Shown here piece by piece: positions 26,111 to 40,329 of a stretch of DNA of 64,000 nt. Source of the DNA: Octopus sinensis (taxonomy: Eukaryota); contig NC_043011.1 of the NCBI RefSeq assembly GCF_006345805.1, positions 49,054,464 through 49,118,463 on the forward strand. The letters run 5' to 3'. Positions within the stretch are counted from its first letter, which is position 1. Every line of letters begins with the position of its first letter. The notes beneath the pieces are model-generated. The model saw only the letters and a list, made by a program, of their open reading frames with translations. It did no database searches and was not told the origin of the DNA. The position numbers and the translations under genes are program-made.

Positions 26111-26693
26111 CAAGGGTGCTACATGTAGTACCAGCACGCTAAAAATAGCAGTCAGGAGACGACTACAACCACAAATTTTCGCTGATACACATTAATTGAA
26201 ATCAGGGGAATAAGCATAAAGTCTAAGCCCCTGTACCAATAACAAAAAGAATTGTAAATTGAAAAGACAGACAAACTCGTATCATCACAATTTCAAACTT
26301 TTTGAAAATGTCATTTAGTTATCCTCAGTGTGTCTTACTGACCGAAGGTCATAGAAACTGCCCATCTCAACAATCTTCCTGTATGTGATGCATAATGCAG
26401 CAACAGCATTAAAAACGGTCATTGCACACATTGTTGAAATGGCAGTTTCTGTTACCGTGGGTCTGTAAGACTCGCTGAGGAAAACTAAATGACATTTTCA
26501 AAAAAGTTCAAAATCATGACAATATGATTACGTCTGGCTTTTCAATTTACAATTCTTCTCACTTTTGGTAGTGGGACTTAGAATTTCTGCTCATTCCATC
26601 AATTTCAGTTAATGTGTTTCAGTGAAAACTTGTGATTGTAGTTATCTTCTAACTGCTATTTTTAGCATGGGGCTTCTGCTTGTAACACCCTTG
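26111..26693. mobile_element. Foldback element / long-TIR MITE
   Basis: Arms 26111-26374 and 26430-26693 are reverse complementary along their whole length (~75-80% by eye); termini CAAGGGTG(C/T)TACA; ~55-bp spacer. Confidence 0.85.
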
Positions 26694-27257
26694 GCATGGC
26701 TGTGTGGTTAGGGAGCTTGCTTCCTAGCTACATGGTTTCGGGTTCAGTCCCACTGCGTGGCACTTTGGATAGGTGTCTTCCGCTATAGCCCCAAGCCGAC
26801 CGGAGCTTTGTGATTGAATTCGGTAGGTGGAAGTTACTGCCGTGTGTGTATGTGTGCGTATAGCTGCTCAGTGCCTCTCTGAAAAAGAGAGAGGGAAATA
26901 TATATGTATATATACATATATGTATATATACATATATATACATATATATACATGTATTTATCGTTATGGTAAAATCTGGCGTGTGATTGAGTGGATTTCA
27001 TCCAGATAGTTTTGGCTGAGGAGCTACAATGGGTTTTTGTAAGTAAAATTACATTTAATTCATTAATAGCGAAACAATTGTCCCAAAATAATCTGTATTT
27101 TTGTATTTTTATATTTGCCCTGTTCGTGTGAGCTAACATCGTACTGACTTTCATAGGAAACATGTATGTTTGTGGTTGAAACCTTTTGGATTTGCTAGTG
27201 CTAGAATGAGCCACATAGTGACCATTCTCTTATATTTATTTTATATACATATATATA

Positions 27258-28235
27258 TCAAATGCCACGCTGCCTTGTCTACATTATATATATATAAATT
27301 TTTTTTCTCGACCAAGCTGTCAGATGTTGCTACACATCGCTGGTCACGATGTGCTTTGCATTGTTTTAGCCTTCAAATGACACCACCCTGCTGGCTAAGC
27401 AAGCAGGGTAACAGAAGAAAGAATGAGAGAAAGTTACAGTGAAAGAGTACAGCAGGGATTGCCACCACCCCCTGCTCGAGCCTCATGGATCTTTAGGTGT
27501 TTTCACTCAATAAACACTCACAACACCTAGTCTGGGAATTGAAACCACGATCCTATGGCTGTGAGTCTGCTGCCCTAACCACTGGGCCATTTTGCCTCCA
27601 TATATATATGTGGAGGCGCAATGGCCTAGTGGTTAGGGCAGCGGACTCGCGGTCGTAGGATCGTGGTTTCAATTCCTAGACTGGACGTTGTGAGTGTTTA
27701 TTGAGCGAAAACACCTAAAGCTCCATGAGGCTCCGGCAGGGGGTGGTGATCCCTGCTGTACTCTTTCACCACTCTTTCTCTCACTCTTTCTTCTGTTGGC
27801 CTGCTCGCTTAGCCAGCGGGGTGGCGTGGTTCGATGGCTAAAACAATGCAAACGAATTGTGACCAGTGATGTGTAGCAACATCTGATGGTCTGGTCGGTC
27901 ACGTGATATATATATATATCAAATGCCACACTGCCTTGTCTACAGAATATATATATAAATTTTTTCTACACATCGCTGGTCACAATGTGCTTTGCCTTGT
28001 TTTAGCCTTCAAATGACACCACCCTGCTGGCTAAGCAAGCAGGGTAACAGAAGAAAGAATGAGAGAAAGTTACAGTGAAAGAGTACAGCAGGGATTGCCA
28101 CCGCCCCCTGCTCGAGCCTCATGGATCTTTAGGTGTTTTCACTCAATAAACACTCACAACACCTAGTCTGGGAATTGAAACCACTATCCTATGACTGTGA
28201 GTCTGCTGCCCTAACCACTGGGCCATTTTGCCTCC

Positions 28236-28236
<1 letters not shown>
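27258..28236. repeat. Duplicated block (27258-27600 and 27919-28236) containing a minus-strand family B SINE, flanking a plus-strand family B SINE (27609-27907)
   Basis: The outer blocks share a non-SINE flank (TCAAATGCCAC.CTGCCTTGTCTACA) and differ by ~7 substitutions and one ~23-bp deletion. Confidence 0.9.
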
Positions 28237-28275
<39 letters not shown>

Positions 28276-28374
28276 GGTGTGTGTAATATATATATGTATA
28301 TTATATATATATATAATATATTAATAATATATATATATATAGATTATGTATATATATGTATATATATGTATATA

Positions 28375-28417
<43 letters not shown>

Positions 28418-28449
28418 TATATATGTATAGATATATGTATATATATATA

Positions 28450-28480
<31 letters not shown>

Positions 28481-28793
28481 TTAATATATATATCAATACA
28501 TGCCACTATCTAGGGATGTGTTTGATATGTAAAGTGGCCTATCTAATTGTGTTACACTGCTACACTTAGTGGCTATTTAAGTATTTGTGAATAGTTAATG
28601 GGTTGGATGTGGAGCTGAAGAAATAGCAATAACTCCTGAAATGTGCATATACACACCAATTACCTAGTTTTCTATCATTGACTGCCTTGTTTACAAAGAC
28701 ACATTCGTATATGAAACGTCATAACTTTGAATGTGGACACTAAATTCTATAGAAAATCTGTAGAAATACACTTAAACACACACACACACACAT

Positions 28794-28828
<35 letters not shown>

Positions 28829-29527
28829 TATATATATAAAATATGTATATATATATATGTATGTATTTCCTAAACAAATTTAATTCTGTTGTTAATCTTG
28901 TATCGCTGTATGATCAATGCCACGTTTTTGAGCAAATGTTTTTTTTTCTAATCTGATAATGTGATGTTGACGGTGAAGTTGACAGAAATCCTAAGGCCAA
29001 GTATCAGATCAAGATAATAGGAAGTTTATTTTATTTTCATATTCATTTAATTATTTTCTTAATGTTTGTTTTTTTTTGCCATTTTGATTGCTTTTTTTTT
29101 TTTGTTCTCAAGTGTTTTGCAGGGATGTGAAATATGAATGAGATAAAGAGAGTGAGCATGTGTGTGTATGTGTGTGTGTGTGTGTGTGTGTTTGTTTCTG
29201 TATGTTTCTGCATGTGCATTTTTGCGTATATGTGTGCATGTGGTATGTAGCATTTGCAATACAGTTATGCAATGTGTGTGTCCATAATGCATGTGTGCGT
29301 GCGCATTAGATGTGTGTTTGTGTATGCACGTGTGAATGTATGTGATGCATAAAGAATGTATGTGAAGTGTGTGTGTGTGTGTGTGGTGTGTTGTGTGTGT
29401 GTGTGTGTTTGAGTGTGTGTGTGTGATGTGCGTGTGTGTGGCAGAAAGGGAAAAAGAATGAGGATGAGCCTATTATGAAGGTGATAGCGTTAGTTGAAAA
29501 TAGAGGAAGAAGTGGTGTGTTTGGGTG

Positions 29528-29558
<31 letters not shown>

Positions 29559-29661
29559 TGTGTGTGTGTGGTGTGCGTGTGTGTGGCAGAAAGGGAAAAA
29601 GAATGAGGAGAGAATATTTATGAAGGTGATAGCGTTGGTTTGAAAATAGAGGACAGAAGTG

Positions 29662-29729
<68 letters not shown>

Positions 29730-29989
29730 GAGAGAGTAAGAGGGAGAGTAAGAGGGAGTTTTGAAAAAAGTGATAATTGGAAAAAAGGGATTTTGAGAAA
29801 GAGAGAAAAGGAGTGAAGATGACAGTATATGTGTGAGAGATACACAATCACACACACACACATAAAAGAACACCCAGATGAGCACACACACACACAAGCA
29901 AACACACACACACACATACAAACACACACGCACACATACAAAACACATATTCACACACGTACACACACCACGCACACAGAAACAAAACA

Positions 29990-30900
29990 CACACAGCACA
30001 TAAGCATACACACATATTCACACACCACACACACACACACATACAAAACACAACGCACATAAGCATATACAACATATTCACACACGCACACACACACACA
30101 CATACAAACACACACGCACATAAGCATACACACATATTCACACACGCACACACACACATACAAACACACACGCACATAAGCATACACACATATTCACACA
30201 CACGCGCACACACACATGCACACATACAAACACACACGCACATAAGCATATACACATATTAACACACACGCGCACACACACACACATACAAACACACACG
30301 CACATAAGCATATACACATATTCACACACGCACACACACGCACACATACAAACACACACGCACATAAGCATATACACATTCACACACGCACACACAACAA
30401 CACGAACACACACGCACATAAGCATTACACACATATTAACACACGCACACACACACGCACACATACAAACACACACGCACATAAGCATATACACATATTC
30501 ACACACGCACACACACACACACATACAAACACACACGCACATAAGCATATACACATATTCACACACGCACACACACACACACATACAAACACACACGCAC
30601 ATAAGCATACACACATATTAACACACGCACACACACACACGCACACATACAAACACACACGCACATAAGCATATACACATATTCACACACGCACACACAC
30701 ACATACAAACCACACACGCCATAACGCATATACACACACATATTATCACCACGCACACACACATGGCACACATACACAAACACACACGCACATAAGCATA
30801 TACACATATTCACACATGCACACACACGCACACATACAAACACACACGCACATAAGCATACACACATATTAACACACACGCGCACACACACACACACACA
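29990..30900. repeat. ~60-bp CA-derived minisatellite
   Basis: CACACGCACATAAGCATATACACATATTCACACACGCACACACACACACATACAAACA repeated about 14-15 times. Confidence 0.9.
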
Positions 30901-31099
30901 CACAGGTTGATAAAGAGGATGGGGTGATTTCTTTTGGATGAAGGTCCATGTAACTTGATAGAGAAACCTGTAAAATGTAGGTGTGTATGTATATATATAT
31001 GTAGACATCTTGTGTGTGTGTGTGTGATTTGGAGCAGTGTATGTATATAACGGAGAACAATAAGAGACGAAGAGTGTGTTTATGTTTTGTATGGACATG

Positions 31100-31520
31100 T
31101 GAGAGAGGAAAAGAAAGAGAGAGAAAGAGAGGGAGATAGAGAGAGAAGGAGAGAGAGAGAAGGAGAGAGAGAGAGAAGGAGAGAGAGAGAAGGAGAGGGA
31201 GATAGAGAGACAAAGAAAGAGAGAGAGAAGGAGAGGGAGATAGAGAGAGAAGGAGACGGAGATAGAGAGAGAAGGAGAGGGAGATAGAGAGACAAAGAGA
31301 GAGAGAGAGAAGGAGGGGGAGATAGAGAGAGAAGGAGAGGGAGATAGAGAGATAGAGGAGAGGGAGAGAGAGAGAGAGAAGGAGAGGGAGATAGAGAGAG
31401 AAGGAAAGGGAGATAGAGAGAGAAAGAGAGGGTGATAGAGAGAGAAAGAGAGGGCGATAGGGAGAGAAAGAGAGGGAGATAGAGAGAAAAAGAGAGAGAG
31501 AAAGAGAGGGAGCTAGAGAG
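31100..31520. repeat. GA-rich compound repeat
   Basis: Recurring GAAGGAGAGGGAGATAGAGAGA units. Confidence 0.9.
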
Positions 31521-32751
31521 AAAAATTTTGTGCGTTTGTTTTGTATAGGGTTGACATAGAAACAGAGAAAGCTAGACAGAAACAAGTTAAAAATTATAGG
31601 TAAATGTGTTTATATTACAAGTGTGTGTGTGAGTATGAGAGAGAAGAGAGAGAGAGAGACAGACAGACAGACTGTGTATTTGTGTGCGTGAGTCTGACAT
31701 AGTAATGTTAGAAAGACACAGTGAAAAAGACAGAGAGAGAGACATATATAGAGAGAGTGAGAAATAGAGAGAGACATATATAGAGAGAGTGAGAAATAGA
31801 GAGAGAAAGAGTAAGAAATCAGAAGCGGTAATAACACCAAGAAGAAACAAAAAAAAAAACATAAAAACCATATATCCCTTAGATCAGCTGAAGAATAAAT
31901 GAATAACCCATAAAATATAAAAGGTATTATAACATAAAATATATCATAGAATAAAATATGATATGATATTAGTATCATCATCATCATCGTTTTACATCCG
32001 TTTCTTTCTGTTTTTATTCTATATTAGATGTAAAAAAAAATACAGTAAAAATATATTACAGTTAAAAAGCTAAAACCAGTTTAGGAAAAATTGTATTTCT
32101 ATAACTTTTATATTTATTGAATAGTTTTAGATTGTTTTTGGAAAATAGGAAATTATGTTATGTGTAGAATAATGCCAATAATAATTCTATGCACAAGCAC
32201 ACGTATACATTCATACACACATATATACATATATATACATATATACACATACATGTACACATACATGAACACAAGGAACACCAATTCTCTTGAGAGATCA
32301 GTGGAGGTAAACGATGTTAGTCTATCCGGTAAGGCGTTTATAAGTACTAATTTTCAAGTGTTAGGTTGTTCAGGGGCAGTTTGGTGTAAACGATAAAACA
32401 GTCAGCTAGTACACAGCACATATCTAGTTTTGCATTCATAACATCTTTTGTCCTCTGATTCCTTTGATACATCATACTTGTGCAAAAAACAATTCAAATG
32501 TATATATTTATATTTACAAGGGAGTGTTGAAAAGTTCCTGGCTTTTAAGGGTATCACAAATGGCCCAACCATTCAAGTTCTTTAACAAGGCTTAGAATTC
32601 TGTAGAATCGGAAGGACATATTTGAGTACAGTGTTATATCCATGGCTGATAGTAGCAAATCCCTTTGCAAGCTCCACTATTTTTGTTATCGAGGATTTGG
32701 ATTTCCCAGTTGACAAATAGAATTTCTCTATGCCAAACCAGGTAAATTCTT

Positions 32752-32961
32752 TTACTCTTTTACTTGTTTCGGTCATTTGACTGTGGCCATGCTGGAACAC
32801 CGCCTTTAGTTGAGCACATCGACCCCAGGACTTATTCTTTGTAAGCCTAGTACTTACTCTATCAGTCTCTTTTGCTGAACCTCTAAGTTACAGGGACATA
32901 AACACACCAGCATCTGTTGTCAAGAGATGTTGGGGGAACAAACACAGACACACAGACATAT

Positions 32962-33018
<57 letters not shown>

Positions 33019-33182
33019 TATATACGACGGGCTTCTTTCAGTTACCGTCTACCAAATTCACTCACAAGTCTGTGGTTGGCCCAAGGTTATAATAAAAGAC
33101 ACTTGCCCAAGGTGCCACGCAGTGGAACTGAATCCAGAACCATGTAGTTCGTAAGCAAGCTACTTACCTCACAGCCACTCCT
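32752..33182 (-). mobile_element. Full-length family A SINE
   Basis: Reverse complement of the family consensus, head and tail. Confidence 0.9.
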
Positions 33183-33228
33183 TGGCCAATTGCGTAGGAG
33201 TAGAAATTGCTTATATTTAGTTCTTTAA

Positions 33229-33449
33229 CCCTTTAGCATTTAAACCGGCCATATCCGGCCAAAAGTATTCTGCCTGTTTTATGATCAAACAGGCCAGATC
33301 TGGTCTCTCACACCAACCCTACAATATCATTTGAAAAATGAACAGCTACCTCATCAAAATCTCAGAGCTACAAGATAATGCATGATTAGTTCAAAACAAT
33401 GTGGATAAAGAAGCATTAATTTTGGCAGAATAATGCGAACGCTAAAGGG
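33229..33449. mobile_element. Intact 221-bp piggyBac-like MITE
   Basis: TTAA (33225-28) | CCCTTTAGCATT ... AACGCTAAAGGG | TTAA (33450-53). Confidence 0.9.
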
Positions 33450-33649
33450 TTAAGCAATTGAGTGATCCAACGCTGGATGTGTTACTATGCCAATGATGAA
33501 ATGGAGACATGAAAAATAGGAGGACAGTACATACTAGTGAAACGGAGGAATATATTCAACCACATGAAATCAGATTCTAAAAATACAATGGCCCTGTAGG
33601 AGTTCAACTTCAAAATAATTATGTAAATCAATACTTTCATCATAAATCT

Positions 33650-34130
33650 GGAATCATTGTACTAAACCTAATCACAGGAAAACATTATCCTTATAGAAAA
33701 CTGAATAACCTGTCTTTCAATCTAAATATAGTCAAAAATGTGGCAAAAATCCTTCAAAGCTAATCACAAAATACTTCACAATCACACATAAGGTATTAAG
33801 TACAAACGATGGAAAAGTAAGCTGTGCAAAAGAAAAAAAATATATATTTGCACCTTGGTTTTAAATAACCAAATTATAATGAATGTTCTACACACAACTG
33901 ATAACAAGTGGAACTTTTAAATTGAAATTACTTCAGAAAAATAACCTATTAGCAACATTATTGATAAATGGAAAGATAACAATAATTGCTATGCTGGAGC
34001 AACATTTAAATCATGGTACATTTAACATATACACTTGTTCCACAATATCTACAGAGATGATGCAACATCTTTATTGGTGTACATTTGGAGCCTAAAAGAG
34101 AAAAATATAAATATAACCTGTTGTACATAA
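33650..34130 (+). pseudogene. Decayed Penelope-like RT C-terminus / GIY-YIG relic
   Basis: LNLITGKHYPYRKLNN, then across frameshifts YAGATFKSWYI*HIHLF...YIWSLKEKNIN, similar to the domain at 10857-11369. Confidence 0.6.
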
Positions 34131-35409
34131 ATGGTTCATAGATATTCCCATTGTACAACACACACAAACAACATTATTATGATTAATATGATTGCTTATT
34201 TTATATACTGGTTTGGATTGCAAATATTTATTTAAGATGAACTAGCAGCAGAATTGTAGCCACAATGAAAATAAAGAAAAACTAGAGGCCACATTAACCT
34301 AGCTAACATAAGCAATGAGTTGACCACTAAAACAAATAGAATGATCAGACATCAATTCAATGATATTTAGCAACACCAGATAAGAGACTAGTACAGCTGA
34401 TGCCTAATGGAAAGACAATTCACAGAAATCAGATTATGATAAAAGTATTGACCAATACAAAAAAACAACAACATTGCAACAGATTTATATTTAGCAACAT
34501 CAGTATCACGTTGTGGTTAAATGAGATAATGTTTAGAGTGTACTACGGTGTGTGGGTTGTTTGATTTTATGGCTGTGCACTTGGATGTGGAATGTATTGC
34601 TGAAAGAAGATTTGGATTAATATGGATAAACATTCCACATTTCCGTGTTTAGTCACAACAATACAAAGATTGTGTAAGTTTATTTTTCCTTGGTGAAGTA
34701 GAATAGATAAACGATACAGCATGGAAGTGAATAGAAAGGAGAGCATAATGATTTTCAGGAGTTGAAGTTTGCATTTGCATACAACCAAGATACTCATAAA
34801 AAAGTCAAGGGCATCTTCTAAACATTTTTTACCCTTAAATGTCAATCAAAACCAGCTTGATGTCTGCCAACTTCTGAATTTAATGATGAAGCTTACCTCA
34901 TTACTATCATCATCATCATCATAATCATCGTTTAGCATCCGCTTTCCATGCTGGCATGGGTTGGACGGTGCAACTGGGGTCTGGGAAGCCAGAAGGCTGC
35001 ACCAGGCCCAGTCTGGTCTGGCAATGTTTCTACAGCTGGATGCCGTTCCTCACGCCAACCACTCCATGAGTGTAGTGGGTGCTTTTTACGTGCCACCTGC
35101 ACAGGTGCCAGACGAGGCTGGCAAACGGCCACGAGCAAATGGTGCTTTTTACGTGCCACCAGCACGGAGGCCAGGAATTGAGTATAAAAGCTAGGACTAA
35201 TATCTATATCTAAATCAGAAACCAATCATCCACAAAATGTTGCTAAGTAAACAACTATAGAAATAAATACTTAAGTAATCACCCCTTTAATAAAACAATT
35301 TCTCACAGGAAGAATAAAAAATACAGCCAAGCATTTGCTCACAGCCGTTTCTAAACGCAACAGCATATAACCAAACACTACAAACAACTACAAAATCCTA
35401 CTTCAGAGA

Positions 35410-35572
35410 GAGTGAAAAGAAATGATTTGGTTCAATCCACCGTTCAGCAGGAATCTAATAACCGACATGATGAAACAACTTCTGTTCTTTCATCAACAAA
35501 CACTTTCACAAAGACAGGGAACTTCATAAATTATTCAACAGGAAAAATATAAAAGTTAATTATTCTACAATT
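35410..35572 (+). pseudogene. Penelope-like RT C-terminal extension relic
   Basis: IWFNPPFSRNL, frameshift, then FINKHFHKDRELHKLFNRKNIKVNYS; matches the IWFNPPFS...IDKHFP...LHKIFNRNTVKVSYS pattern. Confidence 0.7.
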
Positions 35573-35853
35573 TTTTCTGTAAGGAAAAATATTTCCCCCA
35601 AAGCCTTCAACATAAAATCAAGAGAACAAACCAAAAAAAGGAAATAATTTTAATTGATGAAACACTGATGCATAAAAGGGATAAAGATGCCAGGAAAACA
35701 CCTGATTTAGGCTTTGTGGAATTAACACCAAAGGTGACAGACACTGCAGAAGCAACTGTCTGGAAATGTCATCACAATACTATTCAACTTTGAAGTTTAA
35801 TATTATGGAGAAAAAAAAAAACTTTGTACAATGGAAGACTAAAATATATGATA

Positions 35854-36242
35854 CTAGCAGTATCGCCCAGCATTGCTTGGGTTTGTTTCGACCCTTTAGA
35901 ATTGAATTTTTGAAAAGTAAAAATTTTGCATTATGTAGCTTGTTATTCTCTTTAAGTGAACATCTTTCTGGTTGAAATACACCATAAAATGGCGACAGAG
36001 CAGTCAAAAAATTGTAAAAAATAGGGATTTTCATAGAAAAAAAGCACTTTTTTAATGTAAATAATTTTTGGTGTTAACATGGTCTGATTTGAATTTTTTC
36101 TTCTACAGAAGGAAGAGCAAGCCTTCTTCTATCATACTCTCAATTTTGGTCAACTTGCGCCACAGGGTCTCGGAGGAGATAGTGTTAGTTGAAGGCTACC
36201 AAACCTGCCATACACAGACAACTTCAGCTATATATATATAGA
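35854..36242 (-). mobile_element. Non-autonomous Helitron
   Basis: On the minus strand: TCTATATATAT start, degenerate CCC..GCAA.GC.GGG hairpin and CTAG end; termini shared with 46195-46560. Confidence 0.7.
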
Positions 36243-37730
36243 AATTACAATGATGTGAAGGTTATAGTCTCTCATTCTATGAAAGGATACTGTTAGAGTG
36301 TTCCTGCCAAAAAGTCCATAAACTCTCAACACAACAGACTAGATATAAGGATTTAGGGGAGAGGAAACAAAGTGGAAGAAATCCTTTCTCCAGGAGACTT
36401 TAACATAATGCAAAATATAAAGGAAAAAAACCTATGTTGAATTTATAAGAAATGCACAGATATTCTAACTGGACTATATCGTGTATGGTAATAATTTTTA
36501 GGGAACTGGGTTATGTAATTATTTACCTCAGAATCAATTAAAAAAAAACTAGGTTCCACAAAACCAGAACGAACATAAGGTAAAATAGAAATGTATATAT
36601 CCAAGCCATTAATGGAATTTAGAAAATATATAAAGCTGTTAAAAAGTTTAGCCTGTATATATATGTGTGTGTGTGTGTGAGGGTGTGTATGTATGTATAT
36701 ATGCAAAAAGGGTAAAAATGTAAAGATCCTCTCCAGTCATGAATGACTATGAACTTGCACCTAAAAATTTCCCCTCTGAGGCACAAGTCTGAGCAAGGTT
36801 GTTTGTGGAAGACCAGTAGTTGCCCATGTTTACCAGGCTTTCCTCTCCACACCACTGATATTATCCAAGGGAAAAGCAATGGTTGTCACAGCTTGGCACC
36901 AGTGACATCGCAACTCATTTCTACAGCGGAGTGAACTGTGAAGTAAGGTGAAATAAAGTGTCTTGCTCAAGAACACAACACACATCTCGGTCCAGGAATC
37001 GAACTCACTACCTCAGGATCGTGAGCCCAACACTCTAAGCACTGAGCCATGTACCTGTATGTAAGTATGTATGTATGTATGTATGTATGTGTTGTGTGCG
37101 TGTATGTGTGTGTATGTGTATGCATGTGTGCATGTATATATATCACATGATCACCTGATCAACCAGACTATCAGATGCTGTTATACATCGCTGGTCACAA
37201 TGCACTTTGCATTATCTTAGCTATCGAATGATGCAACCCAATTGGCTAGATCAGTCAGACATTCTCCCTGATCAGAAGGGTCGTATGTTGAAGGGTTAAC
37301 TATTTACACCTGAGTGGACTGGGGCAATGGGAGATGAAGTGTTTCGCTCAAGAACACACCACAGTCCAGGAATTGAAACCACAATTTAGAAATCCTGAGT
37401 CCAACATTGTAAATACTTGAACACGTGCCTACATATACACACACAAGAATACACAAACACAAAAGTATATGCTATGTAGAGTTTAAAAATGCGTGTATAT
37501 GTGCACATATGCCATCAATACAGATATATCACATGTGCAATGGCATGCACTGGTGCACTCACATATGCATATAGACACATATATACATGACTACTTAATT
37601 GATGTTATGGTAACTAAATTATAATGAAAGAATATCGTTTCTGGGCTAGAAGCCAGCTTTTTCTCTATTTAAAAATAAAACCAAGATATAGAAAGAATGC
37701 ATGTACATTTATACACACATACTTATATAT

Positions 37731-37778
<48 letters not shown>

Positions 37779-38016
37779 ATATATACATGCACATTACAAA
37801 CATCAATCCATATTAAACCAAGCACATATATATTTATATATATCCATATACATACATACACAAATATTACGTAAGTATACACATACATATTGCATATATA
37901 CATAATATAAACATATATCCATCCAACCATCGATCTTATTCATCCATCCATACATATATACATAATGCATATATATATACATAATATTTACATTATATAT
38001 ATATATGTATATATGC

Positions 38017-38065
<49 letters not shown>

Positions 38066-38139
38066 AATATGTATATAAATATATGTATATATATATGTGT
38101 ATATATATATGTTATATATATATGTGTATATATATATGG

Positions 38140-38244
<105 letters not shown>

Positions 38245-38691
38245 TTCATGCAAACTTATGTACACTTATGCTTAAGGAGATCATTGTATTCCAGAAACAA
38301 AACTCTCAAACAGACAAATGTAATGTTATTCGGAATTAATAAATTGAACACGGTTCCTGCTGTTTCGTAGATAATGGTGTTGGAATATAGAAAAGAAATC
38401 AGATGGAATCAATTAGAAAGGCTGCAAGAGGCTATCACATTACTATTGATATAAGTGATGTGTATAAAAGCAATATATATATATATTTATGTGTGTGTGT
38501 ATGTGTGTGTGTTTGTGTGTGTCTCAATGAAACAAAACTAAAATCATCAAAGCCCCTAAAAAGATGTCTTCTAATACCTCTTTTGTTCAGTATTGTTCCA
38601 TTGCCTGTAGGTGACATAAGCTTGGAATGGAAACTCTTGGTGGCATTATTGTTCTTTGGAAAATACCCCCAAAACACATACACACACATAT

Positions 38692-38724
<33 letters not shown>

Positions 38725-38853
38725 GATAGATATATACATACATACATATGTATATATACATACATACATACACGTATATATACATACATATATATATAAT
38801 AATATACACATACACATATATACACATATACAGACATATACATGCATATATAT

Positions 38854-38884
<31 letters not shown>

Positions 38885-40281
38885 CATACATATGTACATA
38901 TACACATACACATATGTGCACATATATATTTTGCATAACTTTCCTTCCTGCTATCACTGATACGCCATCTGCCACCACTAAGACCACCACCACATATTAG
39001 TGCCTGCAGCCACTATCCTCCTCCTCCTCCTCCTCCTCATCATCATCATCATCATCATCATTCATTGTCATCGTCACTGTCATTGTTTTTACCTTCACCA
39101 TCATCAATGCCTTTGCTAACATCATTTCCACCACCGCCACCACACCCTTGACTATATCCTGCCGCTACCAAAACCACGACTGTGTCCAAAATATTCATTG
39201 GCACCAACACCACCACCACCACCACCACTACCACCACTACCACTACCACTACTAATACTGCTGCTGCTGCTGCTGCTGCTGCTACCAGCACCACTATCAC
39301 TTTCACTGCCACATCTACTATCACTCAACTTCAACACGATCACTCACCATGGCCAACACCATCATCAAGAAGAAAAACAACAACAACAACAACATCACAA
39401 CAACTATCACCACCGCCACCGCTACCACCACCTCCTCGTACCTGCTTCTTAAATCAATGATAAATTGTTGATGATTTCTAAAAGAGTAAATCAACAGCAA
39501 TTGTAGAGTATTCAGTCGATGAATCAAATTATAACGACAAAGTCAATACTTGCTAATTACATTGATGAAAGAAACTAAATAAATAATGTCAATAATAATA
39601 ATAACAACAACAATAATAATAATAATAATAATAATAACAACAACAATAATAATAATAAATAATAATAACAACAACAATAATAATAATAATAGTGATAATT
39701 TATAATAATTTTTGGCTTTTTTGAGGTTAGTCGATTAAATCAGAATCCAGTTCTTGACTGGCGTTTTATTTCATTGAGTCTGAAAGGATAAAAGACAAAG
39801 TTGACCTTTGCAGGATTTGAACTCGGAAGGTAAAGCATTGAAACAAAGCCTGGCGGAGAATTTTGTCTGATGTTATAAAGATGCTGATAATTTGTTGCAC
39901 TTAAAATTAAGTGTTTCTGATATAGAAACAAGGCTTGAAATTTGTGAAGAGAAGGATGGATGGATGGATGTTAGTTGGTGATGTGATATCGACCCCAGTA
40001 TCTGACTGGTACTCCACTTTTAGTGACTTCCTGAGGAATAAAAAGGCAATATTGAATTTGGCAGGGTTTGAACCAAGAACGTAAGTGTCACATGAGGGTC
40101 AAGCAAACTTTTTTTTATATAGGTGTAGGTGTGGCTGTGTGGTAAGAAGCTTCCTTCCCAACTACGCAGTTCCAGGTTCTGTCCCACTGTGTGACACTTT
40201 GAGCAGTGTCTTCTGCTATAGCCTCAGGCTGACTAAAGCCTTGTGAGTGGATTTAGTAGATAGAAACTGAAAGAAGTATGT

Positions 40282-40329
<48 letters not shown>

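Noticed and set aside
34567-34845. 92-aa minus-strand ORF
   Set aside because: No recognisable family and no convincing splice context.
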